DNA of 63,381 nt from a bacterium (GCA_046757165.1 JBHHXT010000007.1:1-63381), one strand, 5' to 3'. Shown: positions 9,696 to 19,166, counted from the first letter of the stretch. The notes: generated by a model from the sequence alone, not told the origin. Made by a program: numbers and translations.

Positions 9696-10655
9696 TTACC
9701 CTGTTGCTTGCCGCGCGCGCGAAAAGTACTCCATCAACTGTCCATTCTTCTTGTTGCCTGTTTTCAGCACCATGTTGGCAATGAGCCCAAAAAATACGAA
9801 TTGGCAGCCGGAGGTCAAAATCAGGAACGCAAATGCGCCCAGGACATTGATGCCCGAAAAATTGTAGGCGCCACTGAGCACCAGATAGGTGCAGACCATA
9901 AGCGCCCCCAGGCCAACCAAATTAAACAGGACGCCCAGCATGCCAAAGAAATGCATCGGCCGGGTCAAGTATTTGATAAACAGATTCAATGTCGTCAAAT
10001 CCATGATCACACGGAATGTGCGGCTGAGATTGTACTTCGACTTGCCGAAGCGGCGTGGATGGTGGTCGACAACCATTTCGGTGATACGCGCCCCTTCGAT
10101 GCGGGCCAGGGCCGGGATAAACCGGTGCATTTCGCCATACAACCGAATTTTTCCGATGATCTCGGAACGGTACACCTTTAAAGAGCAGCCCGTGTCGTGC
10201 AGTCGCACGCCGGTAAAAAACCGGATGAGCTTATTGGCAATCTGTGACGGGATTTTCCGAATGAGCATTTTATCCTGCCGGTTCTTTCGCCAGCCGGCGA
10301 CGATGTCATACCCTTCGTGCAGCTTCTCCACCATGGCCGGAATGTCTTCCGGGTCGTTCTGCAAATCTCCGTCCATCGACACGATGACGCGCCCGCGTGC
10401 GCGCTCGAAGCCGGCCGCCATGGCAGCCGATTGTCCGAAATTGCGTCTGAACTTCACCACCTTGAGATGTTCGTCCTGCTCATGGATTTTCCTTAGGATC
10501 GAAAACGTGTTGTCGTGACTGCCGTCGTCGACCATGATAACTTCATAAGGCTGCCCCATCTTCTGCATCACCGCAGAGATGCGCTCATGCAGCAGTTTGA
10601 CATTCCCCTCTTCATTCATCACGGGGACGACTATGGAAAACTCGACGGTACTCAT
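9696..10655 (-). CDS. ArnC/GtrB-like polyprenyl-phosphate glycosyltransferase (GT2)
   Basis: VPVMNEE, VDDGSHD, RRNFGQSAA, MDGDLQNDPEDIP, HDTGCSLK, YGEMHRFIP and two C-terminal TMs. Confidence 0.9.
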   Translation of the reverse strand: MSTVEFSIVVPVMNEEGNVKLLHERISAVMQKMGQPYEVIMVDDGSHDNTFSILRKIHEQDEHLKVVKFRRNFGQSAAMAAGFERARGRVIVSMDGDLQNDPEDIPAMVEKLHEGYDIVAGWRKNRQDKMLIRKIPSQIANKLIRFFTGVRLHDTGCSLKVYRSEIIGKIRLYGEMHRFIPALARIEGARITEMVVDHHPRRFGKSKYNLSRTFRVIMDLTTLNLFIKYLTRPMHFFGMLGVLFNLVGLGALMVCTYLVLSGAYNFSGINVLGAFAFLILTSGCQFVFFGLIANMVLKTGNKKNGQLMEYFSRARQATG

Positions 10656-11224
10656 CTTTCAAAAATGACACGGAATAGCGTTTTGCGATGCTTTGCTAAC
10701 TTAATTATCGACACCACAGGCACAAAAACCAGAAACTCCCAGAGCGCCGCTCCCAAATTGTGCATGATGAACAGGTTCTGAAAAAAAGTCGCACTATTGT
10801 TGGACTTTTTCACTGCGATAAAAATAGGGAATGGCGAGACGATATATTCCTGACTAAATGGCCAGAGCATCGGCACGCCAACCGGCTGAGCGGTGTCAAA
10901 TGAAAAAGCATCCAAAAAAACGTGCGAAAAATAGACGCTGGTGAATATCAAAAAATGGGTAAAGAGCTTTTCACGCTTGTTATGGCAAGTGAACATGGCA
11001 AAGACAAACCCCACCATGACAGATATGCCCAGGCTGTGACTTAAATAATGACGATGGAACAGATTTGGCTTCCCCAGAATCAGTCCCGGCAAGAAGTCGA
11101 TGTCAGGAAGATTTGCCAGGAGCACGAAAAGCAGCAGGCTCTTCCAGGTCGTCAGCTTTCTTTCCTGCGGCAGCGTATCATGCAGCACGTATCCCATCAT
11201 CGAATGTGCAACCGGTAAGGGCAT
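10652..11224 (-). CDS. Membrane-bound metal-dependent hydrolase (YdjM/DUF457-like)
   Basis: N-terminal H, LPDIDF, HRHYLSHS and SHVFLD motifs in a hydrophobic protein. Confidence 0.8.
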   Translation of the reverse strand: MPLPVAHSMMGYVLHDTLPQERKLTTWKSLLLFVLLANLPDIDFLPGLILGKPNLFHRHYLSHSLGISVMVGFVFAMFTCHNKREKLFTHFLIFTSVYFSHVFLDAFSFDTAQPVGVPMLWPFSQEYIVSPFPIFIAVKKSNNSATFFQNLFIMHNLGAALWEFLVFVPVVSIIKLAKHRKTLFRVIFER

Positions 11225-11226
11225 CG

Positions 11227-12045
11227 TTACTTTTTCTCCATTAATTCTGCTGCTCTCCTTGTGGCCGTCACCACGGTTTTGATCAAGGTGACCCGAAGTC
11301 CGCCTTCTTCCAGCTCCATCAGGCCGTCGATGGTGCAGCCAGCCGGGGTGGTGACGACATCCTTGAGCAGCGCAGGATGTTCGCCGGTTTCGAGCACCAT
11401 GCTGGCGGCGCCGAGCACCGCCTGGGCCGCCAGCTCAGTGGCCACATTGCGCGGCAATCCGACTTTCACGCCGCCCTCAGCCATGGACTCGATCACCACG
11501 TAGATAAACGCCGGACCGCTGGCGCTCAGCCCGGTCACCGCGTCCATGTGCTTCTCATCGACAATCACCGTGCGCCCGACTTGTTTGAAAATAAACTCCG
11601 CGCGCTCGAGGTCCGCCTCCGAGGCAAACGCGCCGGCGCACACACCGGTCATGCCCTGTCGCAGTAAACACGGTGTGTTGGGCATGGCCCGGATCACAGG
11701 AACTTCCTTCCCGATCATCTGCTCGATAAATCTTGTGGTCACCGACGCGGCAACTGAGACCACGAGGTGCCGGGCGTTCAGACCCGCCCGAATCTCCTCC
11801 AGCACATCCGGAACAACTTGCGGCTTGACACAGAGCAGCACCATGTCGGCCCCATCGATCGCCTGGCGATTCTCGGTCGTCGTGTCAATGTCGTACTTCT
11901 CCGCCAGCATCTCAGACCTGGCGGCGTGTTTTGTCGTCGCGACCACTTGCCCTTTGGTTATTACCTTCGCTTGTAACAAACTGCTGATGAGCGTTTCCCC
12001 CATCTTGCCAGCACCGAGAACGGCAATCTTCGTTTTGCTCAACAA
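11227..12045 (-). CDS. proC: Pyrroline-5-carboxylate reductase
   Basis: GAGKMG, CVKPQ, RAMPNTP, TGLSASGPA, VTTPAGCTI; TTG start placed after a GGAGG SD. Confidence 0.92.
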   Translation of the reverse strand: MLSKTKIAVLGAGKMGETLISSLLQAKVITKGQVVATTKHAARSEMLAEKYDIDTTTENRQAIDGADMVLLCVKPQVVPDVLEEIRAGLNARHLVVSVAASVTTRFIEQMIGKEVPVIRAMPNTPCLLRQGMTGVCAGAFASEADLERAEFIFKQVGRTVIVDEKHMDAVTGLSASGPAFIYVVIESMAEGGVKVGLPRNVATELAAQAVLGAASMVLETGEHPALLKDVVTTPAGCTIDGLMELEEGGLRVTLIKTVVTATRRAAELMEKK

Positions 12046-12236
12046 ATCCGCAACCCTCCTTCCTTTTGAGTTCAAAGACTTTCCAAACGGGAAAGATTCA
12101 TTCACCTTCAACGAATATGCAGCTTCGCCGCGTCAGACCCTCACGAGTCCTTTCTGGCAAGACTCTTTTGGGCCGGCCTTTCGAATTTCCGATTGTTAAA
12201 TTCCGCGCCTCCTGCGGGGTTTGTCCAGCTCAGGAA

Positions 12237-14090
12237 TCATGCATCCAAGTTCTTCTGCATCCAGAGCTCCAGGAGCAAGAGGGCATAAAGGCGATGGGAG
12301 TAGTCTCTCTTCTTCTGCAAATGCAGCTCGAGCATGCTCTGTACGACACCGGTTTTGAAGAAACCGCGTCTTTTGAGTGCCGATTCGGAAAGGACATCGT
12401 TGACCAGCTCCCGAAAGGTGACGCTGTTCCGCATCCAATTTTTCATGGGCACGTTGTGGCCCATCTTGTCCTTGCGAAACACGATTTCATCCGGCAGGAG
12501 ACCCTCCATGGCTTTCTTTTGAACGTATTTTGCTTGCTGACCTCTTATTTTCAACTCCGACGGAATGGTGGCTGAGAATTCGATCAACCGGTAATCATGC
12601 AGCGGAAACCGCGCTTCAACGCCCCAGGCCCGGGTCAACCTCAACCGGTCGACGTGAAAATGAACCAGGGTTTGGTAATCGCCGTACAAGCTGCGACTCA
12701 GGGCGTCCGGGCCGTCTGCGTCCGCGTACAGGGCCGTGATGTCATCATAGGAGTGCAGCTCGCCAAACTCAGCGACGACGTCCGGCTCGCAGAGCTCCGA
12801 GAGCTCATCTTCTGTGTAGTAGATTCGCCACCGATTGCTCAGCAGCTCAGCCGGAAAGTTGTAGCTATAGGCAAAGCGCCGTGCCTTGACCCGGAAGCTC
12901 TTTTTTTCCTCGGAATCCGGCAGAAGCCGGGCGGTCCGGGTGATAGCGTGGCGAATGGGCGCCGGTACGTGGTCGAATTTGGTGGCGAGCTTGTCGGCGA
13001 TGTACACGGGGTGACCGGCGTAGAGCTCGTCGCCGCCATCTCCGGTCAGGATGTATTTTACTTTTCCTCGTGCGGCCCGCCCCAATATATATGACCCCAA
13101 TTCCACGCCGATGTCGCAGAGCGGCTCTTCCATCCAGGCAGCCATTCTTTCAAGATTGGTCAGCTCCTCCGCTGTGAACTCAATCTCGTTGTGCTGCGTC
13201 TTGTAGTGATTCGCCATGACCCGTGCAAAGTGGGACTCATCGACGTACTTGTCGTCACAGCGAAATGAAAACGTGTGGATAGGCGTGTCGACCAGGTCGC
13301 TCAACAGCCCGACCACGGAGCTCGAATCCATCCCGCCGCTCAGAAACGCCCCGGGGTCAGAGCCGTTTTCATGGCTCCGGATTCGGATGGCATCCTTCGT
13401 CAGGGTAACCAGCTCCTCAGTGTAATCCTCAATCCTGCGGCCGTTTTGATTCTCGTAAGACAGAAACCAGTACCTCCGGCTCTGAAGCTTGCCCTGTTCG
13501 AAAACCAGGCAGTGGCCGGGACGGACCTTCTTGACGTTTGCGATAAACGTGTCCAGGCCCGGATTGTAGTTGAAGAGCAGGTAATTTCGCACCGCCCGGA
13601 AATTGAGCTCCCTTTTGCTTGCATGCTGCAAAAGGGACCGGAGCGAGGAGCTGAAGAGCAGGGAGTCTCTGTCCCACGAATAAAATAGAGGCTCGAAGCC
13701 GAGATGGTCCCGCAGCAGGACAAACTTCTGTTTTGCTTTGTCGCAGATGGCCGCCGAAACTTGACCGTTCAGGGCTTTGAATCCAGCTTCCCCCTCATTC
13801 TGATAGCATGAAAGAATCAAACTGGCAACATTGCTGTCGTGGGTGATGTACTCGCTGCCATGCTTGAAAACGTTGCCAGAAGCGGCAACAACAATTTCTT
13901 TGTTTGAAGCGAACGCCAGACTGGTGCCGTCATCAATGGTGGGCACGCCGGTCTCAGTCGTTGCCAGAGCGACGTTCTGGTCGAAGTACGAGTTCGTCGG
14001 CCGCTCTGCAAGCGCCTCGGGCAACAACGTGAATAGGGCATCCTTGCTGACGCGGCGATCTTTTTTGGCGTGAAAAATCCCGTAGATCAT
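12237..14090 (-). CDS. Asparagine synthetase-like amide ligase lacking the Ntn glutaminase cysteine
   Basis: RDHLGFEPLFY, FLSGGMDSS, TGDGGDELYAG and EARFPLHD are present; the N-terminus is MIYGIF rather than MCGI. Confidence 0.85.
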   Translation of the reverse strand: MIYGIFHAKKDRRVSKDALFTLLPEALAERPTNSYFDQNVALATTETGVPTIDDGTSLAFASNKEIVVAASGNVFKHGSEYITHDSNVASLILSCYQNEGEAGFKALNGQVSAAICDKAKQKFVLLRDHLGFEPLFYSWDRDSLLFSSSLRSLLQHASKRELNFRAVRNYLLFNYNPGLDTFIANVKKVRPGHCLVFEQGKLQSRRYWFLSYENQNGRRIEDYTEELVTLTKDAIRIRSHENGSDPGAFLSGGMDSSSVVGLLSDLVDTPIHTFSFRCDDKYVDESHFARVMANHYKTQHNEIEFTAEELTNLERMAAWMEEPLCDIGVELGSYILGRAARGKVKYILTGDGGDELYAGHPVYIADKLATKFDHVPAPIRHAITRTARLLPDSEEKKSFRVKARRFAYSYNFPAELLSNRWRIYYTEDELSELCEPDVVAEFGELHSYDDITALYADADGPDALSRSLYGDYQTLVHFHVDRLRLTRAWGVEARFPLHDYRLIEFSATIPSELKIRGQQAKYVQKKAMEGLLPDEIVFRKDKMGHNVPMKNWMRNSVTFRELVNDVLSESALKRRGFFKTGVVQSMLELHLQKKRDYSHRLYALLLLELWMQKNLDA

Positions 14091-14106
14091 AGAGCGCTCC
14101 AGCTTT

Positions 14107-16035
14107 TCATTCTCGAATTTCCGTTTTCACTTTCTCAGACTCGGGAGTCTCACCCCGCAGCACCTCATTGTGCTCTTTCCCCTTTCGGCGGTCCCACATG
14201 AACTTGGCAGGCACGCCGGCAGCAATGGCAAACTCGGGCACATCCTTGTTTACGACTGCGTGAGCGCCAATGATGCTGTCCCGGCCCACGGTAACGCCGT
14301 CCAGGATCGCCACACCAGCGCCGAGCCAGACATTTTCCTCCACCATGATGCCCTTTGAAGAACGCCCCTGCATCAAAACCGGGATGTCCGTGCGGTCGCT
14401 GTCATGGTCGCCGCCGACCAGGTAGCAAAACGCCGCCATCAAATGATTCTTCTTGATCACAATTCGGCTGAGGGAGGAAATCACGCAGTTGAATCCGATA
14501 TTGACGTTGTCCTCCAGCACAATATCCCCGTTGTGACAGGTCAGAATCGTGCCCCGACCGATGAAGACGCCATTATGGATAGTGATGCCCTGGTTGGTCT
14601 CCCCTTTCGCATCCAGAACACAATTGTCATCTATCACAACATTGTCTCCAATACGAATTTTACCGGGATGGCGAATGGCGACGTTCGCGCCGATGGCGAC
14701 CCCACGGCCCATCGAGCCGAGAATAAAGGGATAAAGCTTTTGCCGCAGCAGCAAGCCTAGCGCGCCCGGCACCCAGCTAAACAACGTGATGAGCAGCTCA
14801 TACTTCATCATCATCCACAGACCCTGTTCGCCGATGATGATCTCCTGGTACTTTCGCAACGTGGACTTCCCGGTATCAAACAAGTCCTTTTGCGTATCCA
14901 TAATCTTGGATGAATTATTTTCGCTCATCGCGAGACCTCCTTGCTGCTCAGCCGGTTCGGCTGAGGCGGGTAAACCATTTGTCCCCGGCCCAATTTTTTG
15001 AACCACCCGTCGCTCCTTTTGAAAGGCGTAGATGACCCCTCCCAGAACTCCCAGCAAAACAATCATGCCATAAGCAATCCCTGAAAACGCAAGAGCGGCT
15101 TCGTAAGGCGCGCCGTAAATCGTGCTAAGAAAAAAAACATAAAAGGACTCCCGAATCCCGATGCCATTGATAGAAATCGGCACCATCTGGATGAACATTG
15201 AAAGCGGAATGATCACCAGGAATTTTATCAGCGGGATGTGCAGATCGAGCGCTTCCGAAATCAGGAAATAATGAAAAATCACGTTGAGCTGCAAGAGCAG
15301 GGACAGGGCCAGGGACCAAACAAGGGCCGTCGTCTTGCCTCGAAAAGGTGCAAACGCACCCTCGAGTTTCTCGAGCTGCTTGCGTACGATGCGGCCAGCC
15401 GGGAGTTTATCGAGTATGGCAAACGCCTGACCCGGTTCTCTCTTGCTTGCGCTTCTGAAAAAGATGAGCCAGACAATCGCGACCATGGCTGCAAAGGCCG
15501 CCAACGACCCTAACCAGAGGTTTTCGATTTCGGTCGTGAGCTCAGTGGCCAGGGCCAGGGCCAGCAAAGCAAATGCCATCAGGGCAAAGAGACCGAGAAA
15601 CCGCTCCACGATGACAATCGCCAGGGCTCTCAGTTTGGGGATGTTGCGTTTTGCAGTATCCAGCGCACGATAGCCGTCGCCACCGATGGTGGAGGGCAGC
15701 AAGTTGTTGAAAAACATCGCCACCGCGTAGGAGCGCACCAAATACATGACCGGCACCTCAAAGCCTTGCGCGCGCAGAAGAAGCTGCCAGCGGTAGGAGC
15801 TGGAGAAATAACCAACGCCATGCAGAAAAAAGGATAGCACAATGAGCGGTATGCTCGCGGAGCTGATGGCACGCCAGATTTCAGGCACCCTGGCCTGCCC
15901 GAGCAAGTAAGCAATCAGCGAGGCGCTGACGAGAATCTTGACGCCCATGGATAACCAGCGCTTAGGGGATCGTTTCTGTGCTTCGGCCACCCCGGCTCCA
16001 GCTCGATGAATCCTTTCGGATGATGGTGAGTTCAA
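14107..16035 (-). CDS. Lysylphosphatidylglycerol-synthase-TM (UPF0104, flippase-like) domain fused to a hexapeptide-repeat (LbH) acyltransferase
   Basis: N-half has RWQLLL, FFNNLLPSTIGGD, ERFLG and PISINGIGIRE; C-half has hexapeptide repeats and NVWLGAGVAILDGVTVG...AGVPAK. Confidence 0.85.
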   Translation of the reverse strand: MNSPSSERIHRAGAGVAEAQKRSPKRWLSMGVKILVSASLIAYLLGQARVPEIWRAISSASIPLIVLSFFLHGVGYFSSSYRWQLLLRAQGFEVPVMYLVRSYAVAMFFNNLLPSTIGGDGYRALDTAKRNIPKLRALAIVIVERFLGLFALMAFALLALALATELTTEIENLWLGSLAAFAAMVAIVWLIFFRSASKREPGQAFAILDKLPAGRIVRKQLEKLEGAFAPFRGKTTALVWSLALSLLLQLNVIFHYFLISEALDLHIPLIKFLVIIPLSMFIQMVPISINGIGIRESFYVFFLSTIYGAPYEAALAFSGIAYGMIVLLGVLGGVIYAFQKERRVVQKIGPGTNGLPASAEPAEQQGGLAMSENNSSKIMDTQKDLFDTGKSTLRKYQEIIIGEQGLWMMMKYELLITLFSWVPGALGLLLRQKLYPFILGSMGRGVAIGANVAIRHPGKIRIGDNVVIDDNCVLDAKGETNQGITIHNGVFIGRGTILTCHNGDIVLEDNVNIGFNCVISSLSRIVIKKNHLMAAFCYLVGGDHDSDRTDIPVLMQGRSSKGIMVEENVWLGAGVAILDGVTVGRDSIIGAHAVVNKDVPEFAIAAGVPAKFMWDRRKGKEHNEVLRGETPESEKVKTEIRE

Positions 16036-16076
16036 TCGCTAACTCCTTTAGCTTAGCCCGATACTGGAGAGAAACA

Positions 16077-17069
16077 TTAGATTAATCCCTCCTTCTTGTA
16101 CCACCTGGCCGTTCTGGCCAGACCGTCCTTCAAAGATACCCTCGGTTGATAGTTGAGCTCAGTCTTCGCCTTGGTGATGTCAAATGCACGGTCCTTGGTA
16201 AAAAAATCCAACCGGCGCCGGTACAATGGGGGTTCGATTCCCAGCGGCCGGCAAATGCTCTCACACACCACCGAAGCGACATAGACCGGCTTCAACGGCA
16301 ACTGCTTGCGTGGCGCCGGCTTGCCAAGCACCTCAGCAATCAGAGCAACCAGCTCCTTGAGGGGCAGGTATTCGTCACCGGCAAGGGTGTAAATGTTGTT
16401 GACGGCTTCTTGCTTCTCACCCGCAAGAATGAACCCCTCGACCAGGTCTTCGACAAAAGTCAAGTGGTAGAGGACATCGCCTGTGCCGATCATGCGAAAG
16501 GTGCCGTTGTTGATAAAACGAAACAGCTTCAGGAAGCGCATATCGCCAGGGCCATAAATCCCCACCGGACGCACGACCACTCCGTCCATATCATATTTGT
16601 CGAAAAAGGAAAGCGCAATCTTTTCGCCCTCCATTTTGGAGGTCTGGTAGTGGTCTCCCGGCTTGTAGGGGGCCGACTCGGTCGCGGGCGGATGGTCGAT
16701 TTCACCCTGAACCCCAACCGTGCTGCAATGCACAAAGCGCCTGACGCCGCTTTGCCGGGCAACCTCGAGCAATCGTCGCGTGCCGTCAACGTTGACTTTC
16801 CAGAACTGCTCGTCTGAAATCCCTTCCTGCCGGTAGGCCGCGGCCACGTGGTAAATGGTATCGACGTGCTCGAGGGCGCCATTGTCAGTCTTCAGATCAG
16901 CCAGATCGCCGAAAACAGGCAAGACCCCCAATTTTCTCAAATGGTGAATCTTGCTCGACTTGCGAACCAACGCTTTGACGGTGACACCACGCGAAACCAG
17001 AGCGCGGCAAAGATACCCCCCGGTAAATCCGCTTCCACCAGTGACAAATACGGTTCTTGCCATATGCAT
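16077..17069 (-). CDS. NAD-dependent epimerase/dehydratase family protein
   Basis: VTGGSGFTG, HCSTVGV, YQTSK, RPVGIYGPGD. Confidence 0.9.
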   Translation of the reverse strand: MHMARTVFVTGGSGFTGGYLCRALVSRGVTVKALVRKSSKIHHLRKLGVLPVFGDLADLKTDNGALEHVDTIYHVAAAYRQEGISDEQFWKVNVDGTRRLLEVARQSGVRRFVHCSTVGVQGEIDHPPATESAPYKPGDHYQTSKMEGEKIALSFFDKYDMDGVVVRPVGIYGPGDMRFLKLFRFINNGTFRMIGTGDVLYHLTFVEDLVEGFILAGEKQEAVNNIYTLAGDEYLPLKELVALIAEVLGKPAPRKQLPLKPVYVASVVCESICRPLGIEPPLYRRRLDFFTKDRAFDITKAKTELNYQPRVSLKDGLARTARWYKKEGLI

Positions 17070-17071
17070 CT

Positions 17072-18817
17072 CTATGTTGTTTCGTCCAGGGGTATCATGT
17101 TGAGTGGGCGCGCTTGCGCTTTACCCCGAGCGAACGCGTCAGGGGCTGGAACATAGATCGACTGCGTTTCTTGCAGCTCTTCCTGAACCCGCGTGGCATC
17201 CCAGCTCAGCTCATCAGCCATCAACCCGGCACAGGTTCGCAGCGCCTCATCGCCCGGATGGCCCGCGCTGCCCAGCTCCGTTCGCCGGCGAACGACATCC
17301 GCAAGCTTGACCGCCATTTCCTCGCGCACCGCATGAATGATCTCGGCACGCAAAACAGGCGATTCCGCACAAACACCGTTTTGTAACTCCGGCCGTTCCT
17401 TGCACTGTCTCACCACCTCAGGATACCGGGAGCCATAGTTGCGAACCAGGTGCTCCATCACGTCTGGCCCGAGCCCGCAGAAACCACGGGCCTGTTCCTT
17501 GTTGAGATAGGTTTCAAAATGCTCGATGTCGCCACCGTAGACCGGCGTGCTGCGGGTGGGAGAGCTGACAGGTTTCCTGCCAAGCTTCCGTAATGCGCAG
17601 TCGATGGTTTTCTCAGCAACATCGCGGGCCGTCGTATATTTCACGCTCACAACCGACAGCAGACCCTCCACACCCCCGTCCGCCCGATGGTCGATGATCT
17701 GGTAGGTTTTCAGGAGCTTGACATCGCCCGTTCGTTGGTTTGTGCCATGCATCGGCAGGAGTCCGCCATAACAAAAAAGGACATCCTCCCGCTTCAGGTT
17801 GGCGGCGGGATAGGCCTCGTTCACCTGGGCGATAAACTCCCTGACGTCCTGCTCGCGAATTTTGAACGCTCCCGGATCTCCCTGGTACCGGACGTGTGTC
17901 GTGCCGATGAGCGAATAGTCGCGCCAGGGGACAACAAAAAACAATCGTGACCCCCGGCTGACGACCGCATCCTCATCTTTGAACTCTGACTGACTCGAAA
18001 GACCGACGGCGTGGGTTTCAAAAAGCTTCTTTCTCACCACAAGATTCATGGCCGCGGACAATTGCACGTCCTTTTTGGGCACCCGTCCATTCAGAGAGGC
18101 CCAAACCTGTTTAAACCAGGGTCCTGTGCTGTTGATGACCAGTCTGGCCGGAATTTCGAATTCGTCACCGCTGAGGGTGTCTCGCGCAAACACGCCGGTA
18201 ACGCGGTCTCCGTCGACTTTGAAACTTGTCATTTCAACGTAGTTGGCCACCCTCGCCCCGGCTCGAGCCGCAGAATGCAGTATGGACATCAGCAGCCGCT
18301 CGGAATTGTGCACCTGGCAATCGTACCAGACCGCACCGCCGGTCAACCCTTCATCATTGATGCCGGGGATAATCGTTTTGCACGCTTCTTTCGAGATCAC
18401 TTTGCCCCGCGGCAGGTGTTTCTGCGGGTCAGCGAGGCGGTTGCGATCATAGCCGACAAGGTCGTTGATAAAAAGCGCCAGCGCCATCACCTCTTTGCCT
18501 TTGAGCGCATGACCATAAGTCGGGATGATACAGGCAAGCGGGTGTACCAGGTGGGGTGCGATGCGCATCAAAATCTTGCGTTCCGTGATGGACTCGCGCA
18601 TGCGCCTGAAGTCTGCATGCTGCAGATAGCGCAGCCCGCCGTGAATGATTTTCAGGCTGTTTGACGAGGTGGCGGAACCGAAGTCGTCCTTTTCGATCAA
18701 CCCGACCGACAGGCCGCGCAGGGCGGCGTCCCAGGCGGTGCAGACCCCGTAGATACCGCCCCCCACAACGAGGACGTCGAACTGATTCCCCTTCAATTGC
18801 GCCAAATCTCTCTTCAT
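17072..18817 (-). CDS. FAD-dependent glycerol-3-phosphate dehydrogenase/oxidase family protein (GlpD-like)
   Basis: GGGIYG, EKDDFGSATSSNSLKIIHGGLRYL, KYTTAR, LADVVRRRT. Confidence 0.88.
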   Translation of the reverse strand: MKRDLAQLKGNQFDVLVVGGGIYGVCTAWDAALRGLSVGLIEKDDFGSATSSNSLKIIHGGLRYLQHADFRRMRESITERKILMRIAPHLVHPLACIIPTYGHALKGKEVMALALFINDLVGYDRNRLADPQKHLPRGKVISKEACKTIIPGINDEGLTGGAVWYDCQVHNSERLLMSILHSAARAGARVANYVEMTSFKVDGDRVTGVFARDTLSGDEFEIPARLVINSTGPWFKQVWASLNGRVPKKDVQLSAAMNLVVRKKLFETHAVGLSSQSEFKDEDAVVSRGSRLFFVVPWRDYSLIGTTHVRYQGDPGAFKIREQDVREFIAQVNEAYPAANLKREDVLFCYGGLLPMHGTNQRTGDVKLLKTYQIIDHRADGGVEGLLSVVSVKYTTARDVAEKTIDCALRKLGRKPVSSPTRSTPVYGGDIEHFETYLNKEQARGFCGLGPDVMEHLVRNYGSRYPEVVRQCKERPELQNGVCAESPVLRAEIIHAVREEMAVKLADVVRRRTELGSAGHPGDEALRTCAGLMADELSWDATRVQEELQETQSIYVPAPDAFARGKAQARPLNMIPLDETT

Positions 18818-18855
18818 TGAAGAAAACTTTCCTGCCCGGGATCATTCATAAATTG

Positions 18856-19146
18856 TAGCCACAAAGGCACTAGGTCACCAAAAGCATGATGTGTTATTAG
18901 ACTCAGTTTTCAAACCAAAATTTGAGAATTCCAATATTGACAGGATAACAGGATAAACCGGATTTACAGGACTACTCCCCTCCAGGTAAAACTCTAACTT
19001 TTCTTTTTACTTCTACTTTCTTTGGCTCAAAATGAAATCCTGTACCTCTTGAGAATCCTGTTATCCTGTCAAAAAAACACAAATTCTCTGATATCCCCTC
19101 TGATTGGTTACAATATTCACAGTGCGTCTTCGTGTCTTGGTGGCTA
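18856..19146. repeat. Nested inverted repeats in an intergenic region
   Basis: Outer imperfect IR tagccacaaaggcactagg (18856) / cttcgtgtcttggtggcta (19128-19146); inner perfect 18-bp IR ttgacaggataacaggat (18937-18954) / atcctgttatcctgtcaa (19055-19072). Confidence 0.8.
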
Positions 19147-19166
19147 TGAATTATTCAGAGTACATA

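Noticed and set aside
8673..10181. Long plus-strand ORF (502 aa), and similar ones at 7500-8588, 50115-51182, 51814-53148 and 59565-60914
   Set aside because: Antisense shadows of well-supported minus-strand genes in moderately GC-rich DNA, with no recognisable motifs
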